DNA of 64,000 nucleotides from Pseudomonadales bacterium (GTDB lineage Bacteria; Pseudomonadota; Gammaproteobacteria; Pseudomonadales; Azotimanducaceae), in NCBI GenBank assembly GCA_022825925.1, contig JAJDVW010000165.1, positions 479 through 64,478 on the forward strand, given 5' to 3'. Position 1 is the stretch's first letter. The number at the start of each line of letters is the position of its first letter. Positions 43,773-53,481 of this stretch are shown one piece after another. Made by a program: the position numbers and the translations under genes. The notes under the pieces were generated by a model. It worked only from the letters and a program-made list of their open reading frames with translations, did not search any database and was not told the DNA's origin.

Positions 43773-44192
43773 GTGCACGCCGATCTCTACGAAATCCGCG
43801 ACAGCTTCGGCTTCTTCGACGCGTGGGAGGAGCGCTACCGCTTCATCATCGACCTCGGCCGGTCCCTGCCGTCCCTTCCGGAAGCGGACCGCACGGAAGA
43901 CCGGCTCGTGCGGGGCTGCCAGAGCCTCGTGTGGCTCGTGCCGAGTTTCGACGCGGGAGCGCGCACCCTGCACCTCGACATCGACAGCGACGCCCACATC
44001 GTCCGCGGACTCATCGCCATCGTCCTCGCGGCGTACAACGACCGCACTCCCGAGCAGATCCTGGCCTTCGACATGGAGGGGCTGTTCGCGGATCTCGACC
44101 TGCTGGCGCACCTGAGTTCGACCCGCGGCAATGGGCTGCGCGCGATGGTGGCGCGGATACGGCAGGAGGCGGAGGAGCGGCTGGCGGCGTAA
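43773..44192 (+). CDS. sufE: Cysteine desulfuration protein SufE
   Basis: VRGCQSLVWL is the active-site motif, and STRGNGLRAM is the C-terminal motif. Confidence 0.9.
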   Translation: MHADLYEIRDSFGFFDAWEERYRFIIDLGRSLPSLPEADRTEDRLVRGCQSLVWLVPSFDAGARTLHLDIDSDAHIVRGLIAIVLAAYNDRTPEQILAFDMEGLFADLDLLAHLSSTRGNGLRAMVARIRQEAEERLAA

Positions 44193-44247
44193 ACCGGGGT
44201 CCCTGCACTCGCAAGTCGGGCGCCCTGCCGCACGTCGACCCGTCTCC

Positions 44248-44265
44248 GGCGCGACCTGTCGCGCC
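44248..44265 (+). terminator. Short perfect hairpin downstream of sufE
   Basis: GGCGCGAC-ct-GTCGCGCC. There is no U-tract, so the assignment is weak. Confidence 0.25.
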
Positions 44266-44375
44266 GCCGGCGGGGACCGCGTTCTCGGCGAGCCGGCCCG
44301 AAGGGTTGCAAAGCGGACGACATTGGGCGACAACGGGGGCTAGACGAGACAGCAGCCGATGGACGACCCGCCACG

Positions 44376-44874
44376 GTGAATCCGACCGTCTACATCGAGA
44401 CCTCGGTCGTCAGCTACCTGACGGCGCGGCAATCGCGGGACGTCGTCGTCGCGGCGTACCAGGAAGTAACGCGCGAGTGGTGGCGGGACGCGGCCTCCAG
44501 GTTCCATCTCGCGGCGTCGGAGTTGGTCCTGGCGGAGTTGCCGGGCGGGCGATCGCAACGCCGCCCAGGCACGTCTGGTCGCCCTTGAAGGCGTGGCGCT
44601 GATGGCGGCAACTCCCGCCGCAGAGCACCTTGCGCGCCGTCTGCTGCTTGATCTCGGAGCAGTTCCGCGCGAAGCTGCGGCGGACGCCGCGCACATCGCC
44701 ATCGCCGCAGCCAACGGCGTGGACTACTTGATAACGTGGAACTTCAGGCACATCGCCAACGCGGCGATGCGGGTGCGGATCGAACGCGCGTGCCGGGATG
44801 CGGGCTACGAGCCGCCGGTGATCTGCACGCCCAACGAACTGATGGAGACCAACCATGGCGACGACGGAAGCTGA
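44376..44874 (+). pseudogene. PIN-like toxin-family gene interrupted by a 1-nt frameshift
   Basis: ORF 44376-44588 (MNPTVYIETSVVSYLTARQSRD...ELVLAELPGG) and ORF 44593-44874 (...AADAAHIAIAAANGVDYLITWNFRHIANAAMRVRIERACRDAGYEPPVICTPNEL) are halves of one conserved protein. Removing one G in GGGCGGGC (44543-44550) joins them as ...LPGGDRNAAQARLVALEGVAL.... Confidence 0.6.
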
Positions 44875-45049
44875 TCCGGTCATCGCGGAGGTCCGGGCGG
44901 TCCGGGACGGTATCGCCGCGCAGGCCGATTTCGACGTGGGCGCGATCTTCCGGCGCATCCGCGAGATGCAGGACGAGTCCGGGCGTAAGTACGTCAGCTA
45001 TCCCGCGCGCCGGACCGCCGAGGACTCCGACGAGTCACTGGCCATCTGA
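44855..45049 (+). CDS. Small partner protein of the PIN-like gene (64 aa)
   Basis: The start lies inside the last 20 nt of the PIN-like gene. DPVIAEVRAVRDGIAAQADFDVGAIFRRIREMQDESGRKYVSYPAR resembles the small proteins I recall next to this PIN-like family. Confidence 0.5.
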   Translation: MATTEADPVIAEVRAVRDGIAAQADFDVGAIFRRIREMQDESGRKYVSYPARRTAEDSDESLAI

Positions 45050-45408
45050 GCGGCGTCGGGTCTTGCCCTGTTGGCTGCCGTGACGTAGCCCGCCCGGAAC
45101 TCCAACCGGGACGACACGCGGCGTTCCGGGAGCGTGCTGGGCTTCGCGGCGATCTCGTCGTAGCGCGCGCATGTGCCGGAGCCCGGCCTTGCCGGCGCGC
45201 AGCGACTTGACCATCGCCTTGACCGCGCTGGGGGGGGGCCGTGTAGCAATCCTCGATGCGCGCCCACTCAAACGTTTACGGCTCATCAAGTCCATGTGCC
45301 CAGCCGGGGCGATCGGCGCGAGCACGGGCTGACGTGGCGCCCCTCGGGATCGCCGTGTCCCGTCTCGAATTCCTGTACGACTCCGACGCGGGCGGCCACC
45401 AGGGGCGC

Positions 45409-46734
45409 CTACATGCCTCGCCAACGCGCGTAGTCGTCGGGGTCGTCCACGTCCCAGAGCGTCTCGAGCAGGGACACCGAGAGTTCCGCCTCCGCGGCCC
45501 GGGCAACCGTACGCTCGAGGACGTCGTCCGCGCCCCACTCGATGCCGCGGAAGAGCGACGCGTGCGGCGCGTTCATGGCCACCAGGCAGTACCCGCCGTC
45601 CTCCACCGGCCCGAGGACGATGTCGGCGCTTTCCAGGCGGCGCAGCGCATCTTCGATGTACGCCGAGTCCAGCCGCGGAATGTCGGTCCCGACGACCACC
45701 CGCGCGCCGGCGCGCAAGGCCGCGAGCATGCGCTGCCCCAGATCGGCTTCGGGCTGTTCGACGAGCCGCAGGCCGAAGCGCTCGGCCCAGGCCAGGAGCC
45801 CGGCGTTGCGCGCGCCCGCGAACCAGAGTTCGGCGTCGAAGTCGCCTTCGGCGACCGCGGCCAACGTCGTCTCCACAAGTTCGACGTGGGCCTCGAAGGC
45901 ACCGTCCACGCCGAGCGCCGGCGCCAGCCGCGTCTTGACGCGTCCGCGCTCCGGGGCGCGGGCGAACACGGCGACCCGCGGCCGTGCCGGCGCTTCTTCG
46001 GCGGTCCTTCCATAGTAGCGCCGGTACAGATCCGCGGGCCCGGCGCCGAGGAAGTAGCGCCACCTGAGCCACCACATGAAGACCACCGTCTTCCAGGCCC
46101 CGGCTTGTTCCCAACGCCGCCCCGACGACCCGAGACGCGCCCTGACACGGCACGGACGCGCGCGCCGGCGCAGACGTCGCGAGAGTTCGATGTCCTCCAG
46201 CAGGGGCTGGTCCGGGACGCCCCCGACGGCGTCGAGCAGCGTGCGCGACACGAAGATGCCCTGGTCGCCGGTGCAGATCCCGCTAATCCCCGACCGCCAG
46301 TTCATCAGGAAGGCAATGGTTCGCAGGAGCGGAGACGCACCCGAAAGGCGCACGTCGAAACGACCCCAGGGGGCGGTCCGCATGGCCTCCGAGAGCGCCC
46401 CGGCCAGGTCCGCCGTGACCTCGGCGTCCGCGTGCAGCAGCCACAGCCAGTCGCCTCCGGCCGCCGCGACGCCGCGGCGCAACTGGCCGCCCCGGCCGCG
46501 CGGGCCCGCGATGCAGCGGGCGCCGAAGCGGCGGCACGCCGCGAACGGGTCGTCCCGGCTCCCGCCGTCGACCACCACGACCTCCAGTCCCTGCCACGAC
46601 GCGAGCTGCCCGAGGAGTCGCGCCAGGTGCTCCGCGTCGTCGAGGACGGGGACGACCGCCGTGACGCCGTCCAGTGACGGTTGCCGTGGGACTGCTGCTT
46701 CCAGGATCGTGTCCGAAATCGCGAAAGGCGCCAA
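45409..46734 (-). CDS. Fusion of a family-2 glycosyltransferase (TIGR04283-like) and a DUF2064 (TIGR04282-like) nucleotidyl/glycosyl-transferase-like domain
   Basis: The N-terminal half reads VVPVLDDAEHL...VVVDGGSRD...WLWLLHADAEV...LLEDIELSRRL. The C-terminal half reads RVAVFARAPERGRVKTRLAPALG...GQRMLAAL...VVVGTDIPRLD...GPVEDGGYCLVAM. Confidence 0.8.
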   Translation of the reverse strand: MAPFAISDTILEAAVPRQPSLDGVTAVVPVLDDAEHLARLLGQLASWQGLEVVVVDGGSRDDPFAACRRFGARCIAGPRGRGGQLRRGVAAAGGDWLWLLHADAEVTADLAGALSEAMRTAPWGRFDVRLSGASPLLRTIAFLMNWRSGISGICTGDQGIFVSRTLLDAVGGVPDQPLLEDIELSRRLRRRARPCRVRARLGSSGRRWEQAGAWKTVVFMWWLRWRYFLGAGPADLYRRYYGRTAEEAPARPRVAVFARAPERGRVKTRLAPALGVDGAFEAHVELVETTLAAVAEGDFDAELWFAGARNAGLLAWAERFGLRLVEQPEADLGQRMLAALRAGARVVVGTDIPRLDSAYIEDALRRLESADIVLGPVEDGGYCLVAMNAPHASLFRGIEWGADDVLERTVARAAEAELSVSLLETLWDVDDPDDYARWRGM

Positions 46735-46744
46735 GGGGGGCCCG

Positions 46745-46816
46745 CAGCCCCGGCAGGAATCGAACCTGCATCTATCGCTTAGGAGGCGATCGTTCTATCC
46801 ATTGAACTACGGGGCC
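46745..46816 (-). tRNA. tRNA-Arg (anticodon CCU), CCA not encoded
   Basis: Hand-folded cloverleaf: GGCCCCG/TA/GTTC-AATGGATA-GAAC/G/ATCGC-CTCCTAA-GCGAT/AGAT/GCAGG-TTCGATT-CCTGC/CGGGGCT/G. Confidence 0.85.
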
Positions 46817-46894
46817 CCGCCGCCGGATCATACAACGCCGCCGGGGTCGTTCAGACTTTCGACTGCGACGGACACACACGAAAAAGGAGCGGCG

Positions 46895-47860
46895 ATGAAG
46901 GGCGTGTTCTGCGAAAAGCTCGGGACTCCCGACGACCTGGTCGTGCGCGAGGTCGACGACCCGGCGCCCCCCGGCGAGGGCGAAGTGACGGTCGCCCTCG
47001 AAGCGCGCGGGCTCGGCTTCGCGGACCTGCTTGTGATCGCGGGCGGCTACCAGGTCCAGCGCCCGTTGCCGTTCGCCGTGGGCGCCGAGGCAGCCGGGCG
47101 CATCACGGAGGTCGGCCCGGGCGTCACGGGGTTCGAAGCCGGGGACCCGGTCTGGACCGACGGCGGCTGTGTCGAGCGCATCGTGACGCGCGTCGAACGC
47201 CTGACCCTGCTCCCGGCGGGCGTCGACCTCGTAGCTGCCGCCGCGTTCCGCGGCAACTACTCCACGGCGCTGTACGCGCTGCAGCGCGGCCGGCTCCGCG
47301 CCGGGGAGACCCTGCTCGTCCACGGCGCCGCGGGGGGCGTGGGCCTCGCCGCCGTCGACGTCGGCAAGCTCATGGGCGCCCGCGTCATCGCAACGGCGGG
47401 CACGGACGAGAAGCTCGAGGTCGTGGGCGCGATGGGCGCGGACCACCTCGTCAACTACACCGACGGGTTCCGCGAACGCGTCAAGGCGCTGACGGACGGG
47501 CGCGGCGCGGACGTGATCTACGACCCCGTGGGCGGCGACGTGTTCGACGAGTCGATGCGCTGCATCGCGCCGTTCGGGCGCCTCCTGATCATCGGCTTCA
47601 CCAGCGGGCGTCCGGCGCTCGCCAAGACCAACCACCTGCTCATCAAGGACGCCGAGGCCATCGGCCTGCGCATCGACCACATGCTCGTGCACGAACCCGC
47701 CTGGGCCCGGCGGAACGACCGGGCGCTCCTCGGCTGGCTCGCGTCCGGACGCATACGTCCCCACGTATCGCACCGCCTGCCTTTGTCGAAGACGCCCGAG
47801 GCGCTGCGGCTGATCGCCGGGCGCAAGGTGATCGGCAAGGTGGTGGTGGTCAACGACTGA
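46895..47860 (+). CDS. NADPH:quinone oxidoreductase-like MDR (copy 1)
   Basis: AAAGGAG lies upstream of the ATG. The Rossmann motif is LLVHGAAGGVGLAAVDVGKLMGARVIATAG, and the C-terminus is GKVVVVND. Confidence 0.9.
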   Translation: MKGVFCEKLGTPDDLVVREVDDPAPPGEGEVTVALEARGLGFADLLVIAGGYQVQRPLPFAVGAEAAGRITEVGPGVTGFEAGDPVWTDGGCVERIVTRVERLTLLPAGVDLVAAAAFRGNYSTALYALQRGRLRAGETLLVHGAAGGVGLAAVDVGKLMGARVIATAGTDEKLEVVGAMGADHLVNYTDGFRERVKALTDGRGADVIYDPVGGDVFDESMRCIAPFGRLLIIGFTSGRPALAKTNHLLIKDAEAIGLRIDHMLVHEPAWARRNDRALLGWLASGRIRPHVSHRLPLSKTPEALRLIAGRKVIGKVVVVND

Positions 47861-47889
47861 ACCCTATCGGAAGAAGGAGCGGCAACCGG

Positions 47890-48855
47890 ATGAAAGGCGT
47901 GTTCTGTGAAACGCTCGGGACCCCCGACGACCTCGTCGTACGCGAGATCGAAGACCCGGGCCGCCCCGGCGAGGGCGAGGTGGCCGTGGACCTCGAAGTC
48001 CGCGGGATCAGCTACACCGACCTCCTCATGGTCGCCGGGCGCTACCAGGTGAAGCCCGACCTGCCTTTCGTGGTCGGCGGGCAGGCCGCGGGCCGGATCG
48101 CGGAGGTCGGTCCCGGCGTCGGGGACTTCGAACGCGGCGATCCCGTCCTCGCCGGGGGCGGTTGCGTCGAGCGGACGGTCACCCGCGCCGACCGCGTGAC
48201 CCGGCTGCCGGAGGGCGTCGACCTCGCCGAGGCCGCTTCCTTCGGGGCCAACTACGCCACCGCCCTCTACGCGCTGCAGCGCGGCCGGCTGCTGGTCGGG
48301 GAGACGCTGCTCGTGCACGGCGCCGCCGGCGGGGTGGGACTCGCCGCCGTCGACGTCGGCAAGCTCATGGGCGCCCGCGTGATCGCGACCGCCAGCACCG
48401 CGGAGAAACTCGCCGTCGTGGGGCAGATGGGCGCCGACCATCTCATCGACTACACCGACGGCTTTCGCGAGCAGGTGAAGGCATTGACCGACGACCGCGG
48501 GGCCGACGTGATCTACGACCCGGTCGGGGGCGACGTGTTCGACGAGTCGATGCGCTGCATCGCGCCGTTCGGCCGCATCCTGATCGTCGGCTTCACCGGC
48601 GGACGTCCGGCGCTCGCGAAGACGAACCACCTGCTCATCAAGGACGCGGAGGCGATCGGCTTCACGATCGGCGCGCTCGAGCGGCACGATCCGGAGTGGG
48701 CGGAGCGCAACCGGCGCACCATCCTCGACTGGCTGGCGTCGGGGCGGATCCATCCCTACATCTCGCACCGCGTGCCGCTGTCGCGGACCGCGGACGCCCT
48801 GAAGCTCATCGCCGAGCGGAAGGTGATCGGCAAGGTGGTCGTCGTCAACGACTGA
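47890..48855 (+). CDS. NADPH:quinone oxidoreductase-like MDR (copy 2, tandem paralog)
   Basis: It has the same length (321 aa) and is collinear with copy 1 with long identical stretches. The GAAGGAGCGGC ribosome-binding region is also duplicated. Confidence 0.9.
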   Translation: MKGVFCETLGTPDDLVVREIEDPGRPGEGEVAVDLEVRGISYTDLLMVAGRYQVKPDLPFVVGGQAAGRIAEVGPGVGDFERGDPVLAGGGCVERTVTRADRVTRLPEGVDLAEAASFGANYATALYALQRGRLLVGETLLVHGAAGGVGLAAVDVGKLMGARVIATASTAEKLAVVGQMGADHLIDYTDGFREQVKALTDDRGADVIYDPVGGDVFDESMRCIAPFGRILIVGFTGGRPALAKTNHLLIKDAEAIGFTIGALERHDPEWAERNRRTILDWLASGRIHPYISHRVPLSRTADALKLIAERKVIGKVVVVND

Positions 48856-48905
48856 GCGGGCCACTCCGTCGCGAAGTTCGCTCCCGCCCCGGGCTCGAGG
48901 CGCCG

Positions 48906-49364
48906 TCAGGACCCGCGGCGTCCGCCCCGGAACGCGACGACGTTGCCCCCGGCGAGCGCTTCCGACTGCGGGCGCAGCGCCAGTTCCCACGTCGCCGCGT
49001 TGCCGCCGTTCCGGGCGAAGCCGCGCAGGCCGTACGTGTCCCGCAGTTCGAAGAGCGCGAAGGCGGCGTGGGTCGCGCCGTCCTCGGACCACAGGAGCCC
49101 CAGGTGCGGCGCGCTCTCGAGCTTGGCCGTGCCGTCCACGTCGAACGGCCCCCGGACGGTGACGGCGTAGCCGCCGAACTCGTCCGGAACGATCCAGACG
49201 GTCAGTTCGATGGCGGACTGGCCTTCGACCTCGAGCAGCGCGTCGACCAGGCGCCCGTCTTCCTCTTCCGTCAGCGTCATGTCGACGCTGAAAGGCGTCC
49301 CCTGGGTGGTGTCGATGGCCCGGTAGGAACCCCGGCCCAGCCACCTGCCCGGGCCAAGGATCAT
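48906..49364 (-). CDS. Hypothetical protein (152 aa)
   Basis: The start overlaps the upstream SPOR gene stop (ATGA). The composition is protein-like. I do not recognise a family. Confidence 0.55.
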   Translation of the reverse strand: MILGPGRWLGRGSYRAIDTTQGTPFSVDMTLTEEEDGRLVDALLEVEGQSAIELTVWIVPDEFGGYAVTVRGPFDVDGTAKLESAPHLGLLWSEDGATHAAFALFELRDTYGLRGFARNGGNAATWELALRPQSEALAGGNVVAFRGGRRGS

Positions 49365-49954
49365 CCGCCGCGCTTCAGCTTGTGCAACCGGTAGTCCGCG
49401 GGGGCCTCGAACGCCGGTTCTTCCGTCGGCTTGATGCTCGGATCGCGTTCCACGGGGGCCGCCAGTCCCGGCACGTCCTCGAAGTCGAGGTCCGGCAGAT
49501 CCAGTCCCTCGAGACCGAGCAGATCCGTGATGGGCACGTCCGCGTCCAGCTCGAGCTCCAGGTCGAGCTCGGCCAGGTCGTACGGGTCGAGCGCCGCGTC
49601 GTCGGTCCCGGACGCCGGCAACGGCGCCGCCGGCGCGACCGGCAGCAACGCCGCCGATGACGCGGCCTGCAGGAGCCAGGCATCGGCGAAGCCACCGGCC
49701 TGGATGTCGGGCAACCGATCGAGGGCCGCCTCGCGGGTGGCGAATGGGCCCGCGACCACGCGATAGAGCGCGCCGGCCGGAGTCTCCGCCCGCACCACCC
49801 CGACCGTGTCCAGCAGGCGCTGCGAGGCCGACGCCCGGGCGCTCTCGGCCGCGTCGGCCGACCGGAAGCTCCCGAGCGACACCCAGACGTCCCCCTGCTG
49901 GGCGGCGGTCATCGGCGCCAGCAACAGGGCGAGGGTGGCGAGCAGGAAGCGCAT
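49361..49954 (-). CDS. Exported SPOR-domain protein with an acidic C-terminal tail
   Basis: The signal peptide is MRFLLATLALLLAPMTAAQQ. The SPOR core is WVSLGSFRSADAAESARAS...YRVVAGPFATREAALDRL. Confidence 0.7.
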   Translation of the reverse strand: MRFLLATLALLLAPMTAAQQGDVWVSLGSFRSADAAESARASASQRLLDTVGVVRAETPAGALYRVVAGPFATREAALDRLPDIQAGGFADAWLLQAASSAALLPVAPAAPLPASGTDDAALDPYDLAELDLELELDADVPITDLLGLEGLDLPDLDFEDVPGLAAPVERDPSIKPTEEPAFEAPADYRLHKLKRGG

Positions 49955-50037
49955 CGGGACTCCGGGGGCGGTCGGGAAAAATTGTACACGGATGCAGGAT
50001 GCGGGTTGCGCGCCCGCGATCGCCCGCCGCCCGCGCC

Positions 50038-51174
50038 TCAAGCGTCCCCCAGGAACAACAGGAGGACGCCCGCCGCCGCGGCCGACCCGATGACCCCGGC
50101 CACGTTCGGTCCCATCGCGTGCATGAGCAGGACGTTGCCGGGGTTGGCCTCCTGCCCCATCCGGCTGACGACCCGCGCCGCCATGGGCACGGCGGAAACC
50201 CCGGCCGCGCCGATCAGCGGATTGATCGGCCGTCGGAGCACGAGGTTCATGCCCTTGGCCATCAGTACCCCGCTCGCCGTGCCTACGGCGAAGGCCGCGG
50301 CGCCGAGCAACAGGATGCCGAGCGTGTCGAACGTCAGGAATCGCTCCGCCCCCAGCCGCGAGCCGATGGCGAGGCCCAGCAGGATCGTCACCGTGTCGAT
50401 GAGCGCAGTGCGCGTGGTCTGCGCGAGGCGGTCGACGACGCCGCACTCGCGCAGCAGGTTGCCGAAGCAGAGCATGCCGATCAGGGGCGTCGCCGGCGGC
50501 AGGAACAGCGCCACGAGGAGCAGCAGCACGATCGGGAAGAGCACGCGTTCCCTGCGCGACACCTCCCGCTGCTGCGTCATCTCGATGCGGCGTTCGCGCT
50601 GCGTCGTCAGCAGCCGCGCGATCGGCGGCTGGATCAGCGGCACCAAGGCCATGTAGGAGTATGCCGACACCGCGATGGCGCCCAGCAGGTCCGGCGCCAG
50701 GTGGCCGGCCAGGTAGATGGCCGTCGGACCGTCCGCGCCCCCGATGATCGCGACCGCCGCCGCTTCGCGCAGCGTCAAGTCGAGCACGCCGGCCTCGGTC
50801 AGCAGCACGGCGCCGAAGAGCGTGCCGAAGATGCCGAACTGGGCCGCCGCCCCCAGGAACAGCGTGCGCGGGTTGGCCAGCAGCGGCCCGAAATCCGTCA
50901 GCGCGCCGATGCCGAGGAACACCAGCAGCGGGAACACGCCGGTCTCGACGCCCACCAGGTAGAAGAGGTGCAGGATGCCCTCCCCGCTCGCGAGTTCCAC
51001 GCCCGGCACGTTCGACAGGACGCACCCGAAGCCGATCGGCACGAGGAGCAGCGGTTCGAACCGGCGCGCGACGGCGAGGTAGAGCAGGACCAGGCCGACG
51101 GCGATCATCGCCGCCCCGCCCAACGTCAGCAGGTACAGCCCCGAGGACTGCACCAGGTCCAGGAAGGTGGACAC
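50038..51174 (-). CDS. oadB: Oxaloacetate decarboxylase (Na+-pumping) beta subunit
   Basis: It is an integral membrane protein with OAD_beta motifs ([52 protein letters not shown]). Confidence 0.9.
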   Translation of the reverse strand: MSTFLDLVQSSGLYLLTLGGAAMIAVGLVLLYLAVARRFEPLLLVPIGFGCVLSNVPGVELASGEGILHLFYLVGVETGVFPLLVFLGIGALTDFGPLLANPRTLFLGAAAQFGIFGTLFGAVLLTEAGVLDLTLREAAAVAIIGGADGPTAIYLAGHLAPDLLGAIAVSAYSYMALVPLIQPPIARLLTTQRERRIEMTQQREVSRRERVLFPIVLLLLVALFLPPATPLIGMLCFGNLLRECGVVDRLAQTTRTALIDTVTILLGLAIGSRLGAERFLTFDTLGILLLGAAAFAVGTASGVLMAKGMNLVLRRPINPLIGAAGVSAVPMAARVVSRMGQEANPGNVLLMHAMGPNVAGVIGSAAAAGVLLLFLGDA

Positions 51175-51192
51175 GTACGGGAGTCGGTGCGG

Positions 51193-52962
51193 CTACTGCA
51201 GATCGAACAGCGGCTCGCCGGCCGCCACGGCCTGACCTTCCGCGACGTGGAATCTCGTCACCGTGCCGGCGCGCGGCGCGACGACATCGGTCTCCATCTT
51301 CATGGCTTCGAGCACCAGGACCGGCTGCCCCTCTTCGACGCGGCTGCCCGGCTGGGCGACGAGCTTGAACACGTTCCCCGCCAGCAGCGCCGGGACCGCT
51401 ACCGCCCCGGCGGCGGGCGCGGGAGTCACGGCCACGGGGGCGCCGTCCACCGACACCTCCACCTGGAAGGCGCGGCCGTTGACCGTCACCCGATACTGGG
51501 CGGGCTCGGCCGGCTGCATCGCGGGAGCGCCGTTCGCGACCGCGCGGGCGGCGTCCCCGCCCGGATCCGCGTCCGGGTCCGGCTCCGGCTCGAAGGCATC
51601 GGGCCTGCCCCGGTTCTCCAGGAAGTTGAGCCCGATCTTGGGGAACAGGACGTACGTCAGGACATCCTCGACCGGCTCCTCGGCCAGCCCGATGGAGGCC
51701 TTGCCCGCCAACCGGTGCAACTCCGCCGCGAGCCGGTCGAGTTCCGGCTCGAGCAGGTCCGCCGGTCGGCACGCGACGGGTTTCTGGTCGCCGAGCACAC
51801 GGCGCTGCAGGTGGGCGTCCACGGGCGCCGGCGTGGCCCCGTACTCCCCCTTCAGCACGGCCGCGGTCTCGCGCGTGATGTTGGCGTAGCGCGCCCCGGA
51901 CACCACGTTGATGAGCGCCTGCGTGCCCACGATCTGGGAGGTCGGCGTCACCAGCGGGATGTAGCCGAGCTCCCTGCGCACCCGGGGAATCTCCTCGAGC
52001 ACCTCGTCGAACCGGTCCGCCGCGCCCTGTTCCCGGAGCTGGCTCTCGAGGTTGGTCAGCATGCCTCCCGGCACCTGCGCGACCAGGATGCGCGAGTCCA
52101 CCCCCTTAAGGCTCCCCTCGAACTGCGCGTACCTGCGCCGGACGACCCGGAAGTACGCCGAGATCTCCTCGAGCACCCCGAGGTCCAGGCCGGTGTCGCG
52201 CTCCCCGCCGGCCAGGATCGCCACCAGCGACTCCGTGGCCGAGTGGCCGTACGTCATGCTCATCGAGGAAACGGCCGTATCAACGTTGTCGATGCCCGCC
52301 TCGATGGCCTTCAGATACGTCGCCGTGGAGAGCCCCGTGGTCGCGTGGGAGTGCATCTGGATGGGGATGTCCACGGCTTCCTTCAGCCGGGACACGAGTT
52401 CGAAGGCCACGTAGGGCGTCAGCAGTCCCGCCATGTCCTTGATGCACACCGAGTGGGCGCCCATGTCCTCGATGCGCCGGCCGAGGTCCACCCACATGTC
52501 CACCGTGTGCACCGGGCTCGTCGTGTAGGAGATCGTGCCCTGGGCGTGGCGCTCCCGCGCGACGACGGCGGCGACCGCGCACTCGAGATTGCGCGGGTCG
52601 TTCATGGCGTCGAAGATGCGGAAGACATCGACGCCCACGGTCGCCGCGCGCTCGACGAACTTCTCCACCACGTCGTCGGCGTAGTGGCGGTAGCCGAGCA
52701 GGTTCTGGCCCCGCAGCAGCATCTGCTGGCGCGTGTTCGGCATGGCCGCCTTGATCCGGCGCATGCGTTCCCACGGGTCTTCCCCGAGGTAGCGGATGCA
52801 GGCGTCGAAGGTGGCCCCGCCCCAGGACTCGACCGACCAGTACCCCACCCGGTCCAGCTTCTCCGCGACGGGCAGCATGTCCTCGATGCGAAGCCGAGTC
52901 GCGAGCAGGCTCTGGTGCGCGTCCCGCAGGACGAGTTCGGTGATGCCGAGCGGTTGGGCCAT
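51193..52962 (-). CDS. oadA: Oxaloacetate decarboxylase alpha subunit (carboxyltransferase plus biotinyl domain)
   Basis: Motifs: [27 protein letters not shown] and the C-terminal biotinylation motif LEAMKMET. Confidence 0.9.
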   Translation of the reverse strand: MAQPLGITELVLRDAHQSLLATRLRIEDMLPVAEKLDRVGYWSVESWGGATFDACIRYLGEDPWERMRRIKAAMPNTRQQMLLRGQNLLGYRHYADDVVEKFVERAATVGVDVFRIFDAMNDPRNLECAVAAVVARERHAQGTISYTTSPVHTVDMWVDLGRRIEDMGAHSVCIKDMAGLLTPYVAFELVSRLKEAVDIPIQMHSHATTGLSTATYLKAIEAGIDNVDTAVSSMSMTYGHSATESLVAILAGGERDTGLDLGVLEEISAYFRVVRRRYAQFEGSLKGVDSRILVAQVPGGMLTNLESQLREQGAADRFDEVLEEIPRVRRELGYIPLVTPTSQIVGTQALINVVSGARYANITRETAAVLKGEYGATPAPVDAHLQRRVLGDQKPVACRPADLLEPELDRLAAELHRLAGKASIGLAEEPVEDVLTYVLFPKIGLNFLENRGRPDAFEPEPDPDADPGGDAARAVANGAPAMQPAEPAQYRVTVNGRAFQVEVSVDGAPVAVTPAPAAGAVAVPALLAGNVFKLVAQPGSRVEEGQPVLVLEAMKMETDVVAPRAGTVTRFHVAEGQAVAAGEPLFDLQ

Positions 52963-53276
52963 CAGCTTCCTCCCCCGGCGGGCAGTCCCCGGGCGGGCAG
53001 TCCTCCGGCGGGCAGTCCTCCGGCGGGCAGTCCCCCGGCGGGCAGTCCCGCGGCGTGCAGGTGGCGATGGTGCCGGATGGCCGCGGTTACGGCGGCGACC
53101 AGCTCGTCGTCACCGTCGGCCTCGATCGCCGGGACGGTGCGCGAGCCGCGCACCGCGCGCGACAGCGCCGCGCAGGTCGCGACGAGCAGACCAAGGAGCA
53201 CGAACACCGTGCCCATCCCGGCGAGCAGGAGGTGCAGCCCGGATCCGATGAGGTCGCCGCCCACTGTCGTCTCCAT
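52962..53276 (-). CDS. oadG: Oxaloacetate decarboxylase gamma subunit with a GLPAG-repeat tail
   Basis: The ATG at 53276 opens a single N-terminal transmembrane helix ([21 protein letters not shown]) and the VAAVTAAI motif. The stop overlaps the oadA start by 1 nt. Confidence 0.7.
   Translation of the reverse strand: METTVGGDLIGSGLHLLLAGMGTVFVLLGLLVATCAALSRAVRGSRTVPAIEADGDDELVAAVTAAIRHHRHLHAAGLPAGGLPAGGLPAGGLPARGLPAGGGS
52976..53050. repeat. 15-bp tandem repeat x5 (cggcgggcagtcc[c/t]c) inside the oadG 3' end
   Basis: Copies start at 52976, 52991, 53006, 53021 and 53036, with a degenerate sixth copy after that. On the minus strand it encodes (GLPAG)x5. Confidence 0.85.
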
Positions 53277-53404
53277 TCCGCCGGTGTCCCTTGGCGCGCG
53301 AGAAAGAGCGGGGCTTCGCACGTTGCCCGGGCCGGCCGCCCGGTCGTTCCGTCGCAGGCGCCGCATGGCGCCTCGTCTTCAGGGCAGCTGCAGGGCAAGT
53401 GTGT

Positions 53405-53481
53405 GGCGCACCCGACAGGATTCGAACCTGTAATCCCTGGTTTCGTAGACCAGTGCCTTATCCAGTTTGGCCACGGGTGCG
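53405..53481 (-). tRNA. tRNA-Arg (anticodon ACG), CCA encoded
   Basis: Hand-folded cloverleaf: GCACCCG/TG/GCCA-AACTGGATA-AGGC/A/CTGGT-CTACGAA-ACCAG/GGATT/ACAGG-TTCGAAT-CCTGT/CGGGTGC/G/CCA. Confidence 0.9.

Noticed and set aside
49657-53433. A 1258-aa plus-strand ORF and the 803-aa minus-strand ORF 49361-51772.
   Set aside because: Both overlap oadG/A/B and the SPOR gene in wrong frames or on the wrong strand, and both are Arg/Pro/Gly-rich. Only the last 197 codons of the 803-aa ORF, which form the SPOR protein, look real.
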